Source of the DNA: Schizochytrium sp. TIO01
Lineage: Eukaryota; Protista; Bigyra: Labyrinthulomycetes
DNA: 64,000 bases
NCBI GenBank assembly: GCA_004764695.1
Contig: SMSO01000005.1
Span: forward strand, 1,550,001-1,614,000
Reading direction: 5' to 3'
Shown here: one piece after another, positions 43,882 to 56,500 of the stretch
Layout: each line of letters opens with the position of its first letter
How positions within the stretch are numbered: position 1 is the stretch's first letter
Position numbers and translations under genes: made by a program
The notes under the pieces: generated by a model
The model's database searches: none
The model's input: only the letters and a program-made list of their open reading frames with translations
Told to the model about the DNA's origin: nothing

Positions 43882-45767
43882 GTGCTCACTATGCTCACGC
43901 AAAGAGCAGAGCAGGAAAGAACGCAGAGCACGATCGGCGATGACAGAAACAATTGATTTCGAGGGAGGATTAGAGCAGGTTTGGGCGAGGGGAAATCGAT
44001 TGACAGAGAAGAAGGAGGTTCTTTCATGAGGAGAAATTCGACATCATTCATTCGTGAAAGGAAAGAACTCGAAAAGAACTGCGTGCAGCTCTTTCTTTCT
44101 TTCTTTCTTTCTTTTTCTCTTCTCTTTCTTTCTCTGTTTTTTAACATTGATACCTGGAAGGTCCCAACCTTTTATTTAGTACTGTAGAAGTCGATCAGCA
44201 CTATTCTCTTTGCTTTTTGAAAAGAATTAGTTTTAGTTTTAGTTTTAGTTTTATTAGTTTGTTAACTTGGAGTTAGTTATAAGTTATAAAATTATATATG
44301 TTATTTTTTTAATGGTCTTCACCTTCAAATTGGTTTGTTTCAGAATTTGAAAAATAAACAAAAATACTTGGTAAACAAGTGAAATAAATGAACGAAGGAA
44401 TGAATGAAGGAGGCGACCAAACCCCTTTCCGGTTGCGTCTCGCTCGTGGCGACCAGGCAGCAGACGCGGAGACAGGCACGGAGGAAGGAGCAGGGGAGCA
44501 AGAGGAGCGACGGCGTGCGGCAACCCGACACCTTCTTGGTGTTTGAGCGGCGCAACTAGATTGGAATCTCAAACCTCGTCTCGTGGACGAGATTTGTTTG
44601 AAAAGCCTAGAGGCGGCTTGGCGGCGGCGCGGAGAACAAGGCCAGCTCTGGCGGATAGAGCGAGCCACAGCGAGTAACTAAAAAAAAGCAAAACTCCAAA
44701 GGAGCGACCCAGCGTCCGCTCCCGTGGGTGATGGTGAAACCCGCCCTGGCTTCTAGCAACGAGTGCCGCGCAGGCGCGTTTGGTGCCAACTACTCTCGAA
44801 CCACGGCGTCCTCGTGCTTCGGCGGCTTGCTCTGCAAGACGGCGGCTCTTACCGGCGTGCATGGAAGGAGCGGTGCAGCGGTGATCGAGGGCGTGACCAT
44901 CGCTGAGATCGAACCGCCTTAGTCTACGCTCTGGCAGACTAGGATAGACTGACTTTTTTACTTATTAGCTTACTTACTCACTTACGTAGACAGGCCTTTT
45001 CACGTGCTCAACCGTGCGCACAAGGTAAAAGTCTACTCTTCTGTTTGTGACGGAGAAACGTACGTGTGCGGCTTCTTTCTTGCGCTCCAATTTATCTTCA
45101 ATTGAGGCGATTCTCTTTTCTTTCTTTTAGCATATTAATTTGAGCTTGATCACATAGTTGTTGTGAGCAGGTTAGTTGGACTACGCTTTTTGATACCACA
45201 AACGAGCACAGAACTAGAAGGAGAAAGGAACCCCTCGTTATCGTAAGGACAAACTCGCTCATACTTAGTTCATTTGGTTTTACACATTGGTTGTGGATTT
45301 TCGTGAGGCAATTCTGAGGCTTTCTTAACTCTTTGTTCTCTTAGAAGGAAGTATCAATAATCAAACAAAGAAACAAACAAACAAATATACAAATCACCCC
45401 CGCACCACTAGGGAAAAGAAAAAAAAAACAAAGTAAATCTTACGAACTCAACAACGAAGAAAAGGGTAAAACACGCCGACCAACCTCTTAGAAACCTACC
45501 TACCTTTGATACCGGTGCGTCTCTCTTCGTTACGTTTAGTTTCTCGCCCCACCTAGTTTATTCTTAGGGAAGAGAAAGTCGCGACGCACACTACTTTTTC
45601 TACTACCTGAGTATTTGTGTTGTTTTTGTGGTTGGACCAGTGACATCTTTTGTTTTTGAATTAGCAACCAACCCTCACCTTCTTTTCGTTCCGTTGGGTA
45701 TCGTTGACCACCTGTGCAAGGCAAAATTATTGCGGTCCACGGCACCCCCCAGGCGGCTTCCGGCAAC

Positions 45768-46313
45768 ATGATTACCGGAAAGCCGTCGTCCGGTAACATC
45801 ACCGGTAACCGTATCTCAGTCATTGACAAAGAACCTCTTCGCATTGTCATCACTGACTCGCCCACGAATGCCAACATGGAGGGCCACATCACGGACCTCT
45901 TGGCTCTTAAAGTCAAACATGTTGCTCGCGCTTCGGAGCCCACATATGAGACTCAGACGCTCGAGCGTATGGGAATTCGTGTGCATGATCTCCAGTTTGA
46001 TGATGGTGCGCCACCTCCCGATGCAGTACGCAACGCCTGGCTGGATCTTTGTGAGCGCTGTTTCATTAAAGGCGAGCTTGAGCGTGACGAGCGCATCTCT
46101 GTGCACTGTGTTGCAGGTCTTGGTCGCGCCCCGCTCTTGGTAGCCATTGCCCTCATTGAGTTTGCCAACATGGATGCGATTGAAGCAATTGAGTTTGTCC
46201 GCAATACTCGTCACCGCCGCGCTATCAACAGACGCCAGGTCACCTACCTAGAGGAGTACAAGCCCTCGCGTCGTCGTAAGGACGTAGCTTGTGCCCCGTG
46301 CACCATCATGTAA
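45768..46313 (+). CDS. PTP4A1: Protein tyrosine phosphatase type IVA (PRL), prenylated
   Basis: FDDG loop, VHCVAGLGRAP catalytic motif (the PRL-specific Ala follows the Arg), AINRRQ, polybasic stretch and CAAX box CTIM. The first ATG is at 45768; the frame is also open upstream (ORF-track GTG at 45714), so an upstream exon cannot be excluded. Confidence 0.92.
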   Translation: MITGKPSSGNITGNRISVIDKEPLRIVITDSPTNANMEGHITDLLALKVKHVARASEPTYETQTLERMGIRVHDLQFDDGAPPPDAVRNAWLDLCERCFIKGELERDERISVHCVAGLGRAPLLVAIALIEFANMDAIEAIEFVRNTRHRRAINRRQVTYLEEYKPSRRRKDVACAPCTIM

Positions 46314-46946
46314 GCTGGTCATCGATTGTCATGTGCTTATTTGTGCGGGTTAACCTATAAAAGAGAACATCTTTCTCTGGCGCCCCTGTCATGGAAAATC
46401 GCATTCTCAGATGCTCGGACTCTGCCTTTCCCGTCTCCTTCCATTGGTATCTGACATCTGTAGTATGGACGTATTTCGAATACGCGCTCATCTCACGCGA
46501 TTCAGTAGGATCATTTAGAGGATCAACATATATAAAAATTCATAAAACTAAAAAGTAAATAATTGGAACCTCTCGTTCATCACAATCTAATTTATCTCGC
46601 AGTGACTCCTCTTTGTAGGTAGCACTCTGAGGATAACGGCGATATCGAATTTCTGCTTCTGTCAGCTTTGTGTTCAGGTTGAAGTATCCTTCAAATTGAA
46701 ATACAGTCTCACTTGGAGTTACTACGAAAAACAATGTGATCAATCGCATAAAGCATGCATGCGTTATGCGTACGCAATCGGTTTCTGCATTTCATTCTGT
46801 ATTTCATTATACAACACAAATACTTGATCAGAAGCAAGCAAGATGAAAACTTAGAGGAACAGTAGATATGAAGTTCGTTTTTCGGTTGGGGTATGTAAGT
46901 AGTAGAAAGTAAGTAAATCGGTAAGTAAGGAAGTAAGTATGATGCT

Positions 46947-47891
46947 TTACATGAAATAGTCAGGATAACTTTCGCCAGAGCCTTGCTCAGGAGGCCGCTG
47001 GCGCTCTTCTTGGGGGCAAGGACCATAAACTGCATAAAATGGCGACATGTTCTCGTCAAGCTCAAGAATAGCACCACTATTTCCGCAACGGTAGCAGTAG
47101 TTTGGAGCAGACCAGACGGTGACCAAACCGCCGTTGAACATCTCGCGGTAGCCAGTCATGACAAGCTGGTGACTACGCAGAATACAAGAAATGCCGTTTT
47201 CTTGGTTAAACCGTTGGCAGACATCGGCACCAAAAACGTAGCCAGCACCTCGTGGGGAGATTCCCCAGCCTCCCGTGATGTCCTCAGGATCAGACCACAC
47301 CAAGTCACATACAGGGCCTTCATGAGGAACCTCGCAGACACGATCAAGGGACTGAATCTGATCAATCGTGTCGCATGAAGGAGTGAGACCAGCGTGTACC
47401 GCAAAACGAGCATCTGGCGTGCCCTTGCCCACAAGCGCAGCCAAAGCAAGACAATCAAAGGCGGCTGTGCACAAGCTCCAAACCTGTGAATCGGCAAACT
47501 TGCGCATACACTCATCATAAAAGCCGTAGACCTGGGTAATCTGGCGCGTTTCATGATTGCCGCGAATCAGGTGGATGCGTCGCGGATGGCGCACCTTAAA
47601 TGCAAAAAGCAAGAGCAACGTCTCTACACTAAAGTATCCACGGTCAACATAATCACCCATGAAAAGGTAGTTTGTCTCAGGCGGCTTGCCTCCGACCTTG
47701 AACATCTCCATTAAGTCGTAAAACTGGCCGTGAATGTCACCTACTACGGTTACAGGCGGGTCCACCTGAAGAACATTAGGCTCTTTGGCAAGCTCCTCGC
47801 GCACACGTGTGCATAGCTCTTTGATCTCCGCCATGGAGGGAAGCTCGCGCTTCATCAGCTTCTCAATCCATTTGTCTGGGTCCTGAGACAT
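46947..47891 (-). CDS. PP2A-family Ser/Thr phosphatase catalytic subunit, PP4-like (314 aa)
   Basis: [75 protein letters not shown]; the protein ends PDYFM. ATG at 47891. Confidence 0.9.
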   Translation of the reverse strand: MSQDPDKWIEKLMKRELPSMAEIKELCTRVREELAKEPNVLQVDPPVTVVGDIHGQFYDLMEMFKVGGKPPETNYLFMGDYVDRGYFSVETLLLLFAFKVRHPRRIHLIRGNHETRQITQVYGFYDECMRKFADSQVWSLCTAAFDCLALAALVGKGTPDARFAVHAGLTPSCDTIDQIQSLDRVCEVPHEGPVCDLVWSDPEDITGGWGISPRGAGYVFGADVCQRFNQENGISCILRSHQLVMTGYREMFNGGLVTVWSAPNYCYRCGNSGAILELDENMSPFYAVYGPCPQEERQRPPEQGSGESYPDYFM

Positions 47892-48904
47892 CTTGACTGC
47901 TTCTGTTAATTTGAAATTCAATAAAGTTACCCCTTAAACAGAACTGCTCGCAAACAATCCAGCAACAGAGCAAGCAAGCTTCAGCAATTATGCAAAGCTG
48001 CAAGAAAAATGACTTTTGACCAACTTGCAAGATTTAGATGTTGCGCTCAAGTTAAATCACAGAAACAGAGCGAGGTGACACAAAATATATTGACGCCGGT
48101 TGTTGCAGATTAACCTGGTGTCCTAAATCCCAACACGTGCACGAAGACAATCGGCAACCACAAAGAACACTGAAGACAAGCTCGAGTAGCGAGCACGCCT
48201 ACGTAGCTAATCTGCAGACGACAACAGATCAAAGCAAGCACGAGGTGGCTCTGGCCGACAGCAAGAGCGATAGCACGGCAGTAACGGGTGGTCAGAGACC
48301 GGTACAAGGGCGCCTTGTGGCTCGCGTGTGCTCCGTTCGTTCGAGGTCACCGCACAGGCGCCAACTGCATGGGCTCTCTGCTCGACTTTGCTGCCTTCTT
48401 CTGCCTCTTCCGCTGTGCTGTTAAAAGCATTTCTTTTTCATATCCTCTATATCATACAGTTATTAAGACCCCCTAAGAGTGCGCTAGAGAGTAAAGAAAA
48501 ATATTTATCTACTTTCTTCTTATTATCACTTGTTATAATTTTATTTTTGATGATTTCTTTGGTATAAGCTTTCTTTCATTTCATATATCCGACTGCTACT
48601 GTTAACCCTGGCAGGGTGGTAGTGGTCTGCCTTATCATGCTCAGACAGATAACAGCAGTAAAGATTTAGGCCTGCACCAAACAGACCGCATCGCCGATGT
48701 AGACGAAGCAGCCGGATAGCTCTTATTCAGCGCCCTTCGCAAGATGGCAGAAGCTGCTGCAGAGAGCGGGAGTCTCGAAGAGTTTGGGCACTCATTGCAC
48801 GAAGACATGATACCAGCTAGTATAAATAAAACAAAATTGAATAAATACTAAATAGAAAACTCAGCTTTGCTCATATGGGAAGATGGATATAGGAGTACCT
48901 AGTC

Positions 48905-48929
48905 GCTAGCTAGCTAGCTAGCTAGCTAG
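48905..48929. repeat. Self-complementary (GCTA)n tract
   Basis: Read directly; lies in the divergent spacer between the PP4-like and dynein genes. Confidence 0.9.
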
Positions 48930-50509
48930 ATAGCTAGATAGCTAACTAGTACTGGAAATAGATAGAAAGAAGGAGCCGCTAATTGCTAGCACTATGGTTT
49001 ACAGTAGGTAGAGGTTAGCAGGAAGACACGTGAAGGGAACTTGAAAGACAGATAGAAAGCTAAAAATTCAACGAAAGAGCATGAGCACCATCTCTACCGG
49101 TTATGGACGTCAGGTTGATTCTATTTGGCTTTACTCACGCATCACATGAAGCGACTCAGGCGGTCTTTGGCTAATTCTGCGCTAAAGTCTATGCCTTTCC
49201 AAAGCCTCACAGAAGAAGGCGAAAGTAAAATTGTAGGTGCAGTTGGACTTGGTAAAATAAGCTGAGGCAAACGGGTTATGACCGTTTAGAAATAACAAGG
49301 GTTTTCTTACTTGGCACATGCAGTAGGCAGAAGCAACAGATGTGTCGATATGAAACAAAGGGGGGGGAAAGTTGAACTATGGCCTCGCGTTGACCATGGT
49401 CTCCCATGGCAAAGAAGCGAGGTTGAGAGTTTTTTCGTACAGGTTTGGGAAAAAGCACAGTTGTACGCTTACAAGCTCGTACGTGGGAAATCAGGCTAAA
49501 ATTTACTCGAAGGTTATGAAGGCTACATTCCGCCCAAGGGTTATCATATGCATAGCAACATAGCTAAAACAGCTCGTCCACAATAACACGCACATCCTAA
49601 TCTATATCCTTCGTGTCTACAACTAACTTTCATCATTCTTTCCCTCAATGTCACTCAAATGTACTACTTGATCAATTTAGCTCTGTCAGCTTTATTTATA
49701 TATTATATTCACTCTCCTTCCCCTCCCCCCGAAAATAGTAAATTCCGCCTCATTAAATTCTGCAACCTCAACTTATAGATGCCATGAAGAGGCAACCCGG
49801 AATCCCATCTTTTATGGCTGCGGCACCGAATGTAACCATTTCACCTTCTGCACAGAAATGACTCTCCAGCTTTCTTTCGTTTGTTTCCCCAAACCAAATT
49901 GTAAAGGGCTTTGTCAATCGACCATCCACCATCGACCAACACATCTTTCCGTCAATTGCTCCTTCTCAGCTATATTACATTACTTTTGAGGTTGGGAGTG
50001 AGTGAGTGCCCTCTTGAAAGAGCACACTTGATATGACCGTTCGACCGTTTAGCGCATGGTGTGTATTGCTAAACTTGTATGAGGCAGTAAATAGCACAAT
50101 TGCCTAGAGGACTTATGCGGCAGATGACCGTTCACGCAGCAAGGGCAGCAGCAATAACTTGCACCAAGACAGGCGTAAGAGCTCTGGCAAAGCTGCCGAG
50201 GTCAATCGAGGCCACGCTGTCGAGCGGGCAAACGTCGGCCAGGCGTCGCTAGTCGCCTTGGTTCCTACGGTGTCAGGCTGCGAGGGCTTACAGGAACGGC
50301 CAGTAGCAGCAAGAACTGCAAGAGGGGCAAAAGCGAGAATAGTACAGAGCCTGCTGATCAAGAAGTTGAATATTCACAGACTAAACATAGCACACGACAG
50401 AGACGAAGTTCTTTCTCTGGACAAGTCTTCAATCTGGAGAGGAGATTGAAAGCAATAAGCAGAGTGCGAGGGAGACGCTGGGGTGCGAAGCAGTGGAGCG
50501 CAACCCAAC

Positions 50510-53500
50510 ATGAATCCTTCACGTGATAATGGAGACATGCCCATCGAGGTCCCTGAGTCGAATGATGAGGCAGAATCAAAGCATGTTCGCCATGATGAAG
50601 GCGTTGATATGCGCACGTCGTGGCTTGAACACCGCATTCTTGGCGCTCTACGTCATGTCAAGGTTGAGAAACTCCGCAAGAACTTTCGCACAGAGGAAAA
50701 CACCCGTGCTATCGATGAATTCATTAAAAACCCAGAGGCGAGGTGTTTGCTTGTCCTAAATGATGGCAGCAACTTCACAACCAGCATGCCATCACGCATG
50801 CCATCTGTGTCCTCAGGAACTAAGTTTCTCTACTTTCTTAAGCAGAGTGCCCAAGAACTCACCGAGGATTGCTCCATGGACGCTGAGGTGCTTATGGGAG
50901 AACTCAACAACGAGCCTCTGGCTCACATGGAAAAGGCTATCCAGAGCGTCTACATGCCTTTACTAGCTGGTTCCTCTGGGGCTCAAGAAGGCAGCTGGGG
51001 GGACGTCACAAGCAAAGATATTGTTGACAAATTGCACGGGTTTCTTGCAACTGTTAGCATTACACTTGGGCAGACAAATGGAGAGACCTGCTTGCCATTG
51101 CCACTGACGGACATGGGGAGCACTGGACCTGGCGCCAGCCATACTACTGTGCCAAGCAAGGACAAGATTCACCTTCTTGAAGGTGCTGTGATTACCTGGA
51201 CAAAGCAAATTAAAATGGTACTAAAGATGGACCCAGAATCCCGTCTAAAGCTTGGTACGAACCCTTCACCAGACCAAGAAATTGCATTTTGGAGAGTGAA
51301 AGCCGCAAACCTCAACAGTATCTTTAATCAGCTTCAGAGCGATCGAATTCGGAAGGTCTTACGCGTGCTTGATGCAAGCAAAAGTACTTACTGTAACCCG
51401 TTCGCTAAGCTTTGTAAAGAGGTTTTTTCTGCTCGTATTGAAGCTAATGACAACGTCCGCTATCTTGTCATGCTAGAACCATGGATTGAGAAGCTGCTAA
51501 GCCGGAATGGGGAGTTCCAGGATCTGGTTTCTCTTTTTAAGCCTACAATGCATACAGTTCTCCTCATTTGGAAGTATTCTGACCACTACAACACCCCTGC
51601 ACGCCTTGTGGTCCTAATGCGCGAGATTTGCAATGCGCTCATCCAGCAAAGCTGCGACTTCATCAGTGGCGAACAGATTTTTCAACTCATTGAAGCTGAT
51701 GAGGCCGGAAAGGCTGTCGAAAAGCTAAAAATTACGCTCAAGGTATGTGGTACCTTCAAGTCCACTTATTTTGACTACAAGGCAACTGCTAACACTGAAT
51801 GCCCAAACAATCCTTGGCGAATTCAAAACAACGCCCTCTTCTTGCGCCTCGACTCCTTCCTTGAGCGCTGCCACGATATCCTAGACCTTACTCAGACCAT
51901 TGTACAATTCAATATGCTCAGCAGAATCGAAATCGGTGGCACGAAGGGAAAAGCTTTGACAACTTCTGTTGTGCAAATTTTTGCTGACTTCCGGCAGGCT
52001 GTGGAAGCGTTTCAGCAAGTCGAGTATGATATTATGGATGTGAGTGCCAAGGAGTTTGACGACGACTTTTACGATTTTCGATGCAAGATCAAGGAACTTG
52101 AGCGCCGTCTTGGATCTATCCTTACGCAAAGCTTCGATGATGCCGCAACAATTAATGCCCGCTTTAAGCTCTTAGATTCATTCGAAGGTCTCTTGGAACG
52201 TCCTATCATCCAGGATGAGCTTGAAAAGAAACATATCTCCCTGGTGCAGGCATATGCAACCGATTTGAAACTTGTCCAAGAAACGTTCCTCATGCTGAAG
52301 GACGACCCGCCAATTCCATGCAACATGCCTCCTGCAGCTGGCGCCATTGGCTGGTGTCTAGGCTTGCTCGACCGCATCACAGAGCCTATGGAAAAGCTCA
52401 AACAGCTGAACCGGACCATTATGGAGCGTGAAGAGGCCAAGGATGTTATGAAGATTTTTCATGGTGTTGTAGAAACTTTTAACAAGTATTGCGAGTCTAA
52501 AGCTCGTCAATGGGCTGCTCGGGTAGATCAAACTGCCGCAGCTAAACTCAAACTTCCTCTCTTGCGTCACCGCGACATGGAGGCCATGGCTGCTGCAGCT
52601 GTGGCTGCTGTAAATTTCCCTGTTCCAACCACGGGATCTGGTTCCGATACTGCGGATGAAGAAGCCGCCGCTGCTGCGGCGAAAGCATCTGCATCTGCTT
52701 CTGCAGCTGCCGCAATCGAGCAGATCAAACGCCACCAAGAACAGGTTCAGGAGTATGGTGGTTTTACCTATCAACTTCTTGAGGTTAACTTTGATCCTCA
52801 GCTTATCGCACTCCTTCGTGAGGTAAAGTACTTTCTTCTTCTAAAACTCGATGTACCTGGGTTCGCACTCGAACTCAACAAAAAGGAAAAGCAGTTCAGG
52901 AACTGGAGAGGTAAGCTCCAGCTTTGTGTAAACAAATACAATAGCATGATGACTTCTATTCTGCCTGTGGAGTGCCCACTCGTCCGGGCCCAGGTCGAGA
53001 AAATTCACCATGTTGTGCAAACAGGTCTGTCCATGCTTACATGGAAGTCTCATGGAATCGACAACTTTATCGAAAAGACCGAAATGGCGGTTTCTGAAGC
53101 AGAGACGATGCTCAATGTTCTCAAGAGTAACCTCTCTGAAATTGAGGATATCCTAGAGTCGTGGTCAGAAACTAGTATTCTCGATCGCCAGCCGAAACCG
53201 GAGGTTGTTAAAGAGTATAACCAGCTTCACAGCACACGTATTGGAGCAAGATATCAGCAAATTACTGAGGGCGGTAAAAACATTCATAAGTTGCTCAAGG
53301 AAAGTAACAAAACCTTACGCATTTCTGCTGGACATCCCGAGTGGCGCTCCTATGTTGAGTTTGTAAACAGTGTTGTTGTCACAGGTTTTACTCGTGTTGT
53401 TCAAGTTTCCTTGAACTGGCTAGAAAACCAAGTGAACCCTGCTGTTATTGAGGAGAAAGAAAAGCCGCCGATGTTGCAAATCTCAATCAATCTGAACAAC

Positions 53501-56500
53501 AACCAGGTTTCGTTTATCCCGAGTGTATTTGATGAGGATCGTGCTGGTGTTAAAGCTTCGCTCCGTTCTTGGATCGATGATACACTCAAAGTCGGCTCCT
53601 TGATGAAGCGACTTGATCTAGGTGATGGATCATACGTAAAAGAGTTGCAGGAAGACGTTGAGGTGAAGCGTTATATGGAAAGTATCTACAAGCATGTTCG
53701 CGAGAATGAAGACCTATGTCGCGAATTTCAAAAGCAGTATGAGAAGTATTCGTTTCTATGGACAACTGATCTTCAGCGAATGTTCTCCGACTTTATTGCC
53801 TCTGCTACATCCAAATCGGAGAATGGCTTACGCCGTATTAACCTTGCTAAGTTTGATGCTGAGATGAATCGCCTCAATGATATCAAGGAAGAAGTTGCAT
53901 CTTTGAAAACACCTACAAATATTGGTTGGCTCAAAATTGACTCGACTCCAATCAAGGAAAATATTGTGTATTGGGTACAAAAATGGTTACATCTCTATAC
54001 TGGTTATCTTCGTGATGACGTCATCTTTAAGCTGCAAAACTTGCGCATCTTTATAATTGAGACTCGCCATGGCCTCGAACGTGAGGTCACGCCTGGCGAT
54101 ACCGAAACATTGATGTCAGTCATGGGTAATATCCGTGATGTTCGTTGCAGGATGGATGACACCATCGAAATGTTGCAACCGCTAAAGGATACGGTGAACC
54201 TTTTGAAACAGCATCGTGTTGATCTGGATGATGAAGTCCTCCATGGCTCTGCAGCTGGTCGCGAAGAGCCCAACTCAGCAGGCATGCGCTCATCAGAGCC
54301 TCTTTTGGAATTCCTTGATGCAGCAAGTCTGAAGTGGGACTCGTTAGTAAACTTCACCTTCCGCGTTAAAGAGCAAATCATGCCTTTGCAAAACCAGGAG
54401 GTTGAATTTATAAATGCTAGTTTGCAAAAATTTAAGCATCAAGTTGAAGACTTCAGAGGTCTTTTCAAGGACGAGAAGAAGGGCGCACCATTTTCATTCC
54501 GTGGAACTCCTGATGAGGCTTACGGCCTGATCTCAAAGTTCCGCAATCTCTACGAGGAGAAGTGGGAGCGTGCTAAGGAGCTTAACAGCCTTGAAGAGCT
54601 TTTTGAACTCCAAATCAGCAAATACCGCACTCTTGGACAAACAGACTCTGAGCTTTGTGTGCTAAAGACCCTTTGGGACTTCAAGGCCATGCAAGTTGCG
54701 ACTTACGATTCATGGAATTCAATTCAATGGAAATCGATTGACACCGATGAATTGGAACGCCTAAATTCTCAGCTTGCTCGGGAACTCAGGGCATTAGGCG
54801 CTAAAGACACCGTCGTCCGAGCTTGGCAAGTGTACATGGATATTGAGCAAGCATGCAAAGATATGGCTGTTGTTTTACCATTGATTGCGGAACTCCACTC
54901 CCCAGCGATGAGAGCCCGACACTGGAAAGCCATTGCCGCGGCATGCAAAGTCCCTTCAATTGCTTGGAACTCCGAATCCTTCAATTTCGCTGCTGTCCTT
55001 CAACTTGAGCTTCAAAAGCATGCCAATGATGTCTCCGAACAAGTTGAAACAGCAGTAAAGGAGTTGAAGATTGAGCGCAAGCTTGAAAGTATCGAGTCGC
55101 GATGGGAGACCCTTCGCCTCGACTTTGTCGACCAGGCTGGAAATGTTGCAGTCGAACACGCTCCTGAAAAGGCAGTATACTTGCCGCGCCCTTCTGATGA
55201 TGTGGTTGAAAACCTTGAGACTGATCAAATGGAACTCCAGACCATGATTGGTATGGGCAAGTTCGTGAAATACTTCAAAGACCGTGTCTCAAAATGGCTT
55301 CACACACTCAGTGACATTGAAACTAATCTAAAGGACTGGCTCAATGTTTCTAAACAGTGGTGCTCTCTGGAATCCATTTACCTTGGGAGCGCAGATATCC
55401 GCTCGCGTCTTCCAGAGGATACCAAACGATTCGAAGTTATTGACCTGGAGTTTAAAGAGCTTGAGGCTCGTGCGTTCTCAGAGAGCCCTCTTGTCGTTCA
55501 TCGTTGTACTGAAGATGGTCTCAGTGTAACGTTGAAGAGAATGTTGGTCGATCTAGCCAAATGTCAAAAGTCTTTGAATGAGTACCTTGATACAAAGAAG
55601 AAGGTTTACCCGCGATTCTACTTTGTATCTAACGTTGCACTTCTTGATATCCTCAGCAATGGCAACACGCCTAAACGGGTGGTCCTTACCTCGCAGACTG
55701 CTATGATTCTATTGCCGACCTTCGATTTAAGGATGAACACGTTGAGAACCCTCATATAGCAACCCACATGATTGCAGGTGATGGAGAGGTTATTGAGTTC
55801 CCATACAGCTTTGAGATGAAAGATTCTGTAGAGCACTGGCTCAACAAACTCACTGACATCCAAAACTTGACGCTGAAAACCGTTCTCCGTTCAGCAATCG
55901 ACACAGCAGTTAATTGGGAGCATGAGAAGCCTCGTCACGAATGGCTTTTCGACTACCCTGCCCAGGTGGTTCTTCAAGCATGCCAGATCTTCTGGACTGA
56001 AGAGACGGAATCCGCTCTAGAGGATCTTGAGGCTGGTAGCGAAGATGCTGTCAAACAATATCTAGAAAAATGCAATACAAGGCTTAACCGTTTGATTAAG
56101 CTTGTTGAAGGTGACTTAAGTAAAGCTGATCGCACAAAGATTATTTCATTGATTACAATGGATGTCCATTCTCGAGATGTAGTGCAGAAGCTAATCAAGG
56201 AAAAAGCAGAGGGTCCTACATCCTTTCTCTGGCAGCAACAGCTCCGTAATTACTGGAAGACTGTCAACCCCAACATGGAAACTGACATTCGGATTTGTGA
56301 TTTTAAGACAAAGTACTCCTATGAGTATGTCGGCAATTGCGGGCGACTAGTGATTACTCCGCTTACAGATCGCTGCTACATTACCTTGACCACTGCTATG
56401 CGTTTAATGCTTGGTGGGGCACCTGCTGGTCCTGCCGGTACGGGTAAGACAGAGACAACGAAGGACCTCGCCCGAGCCCTTGCTTTGCCTTGCTATGTTT

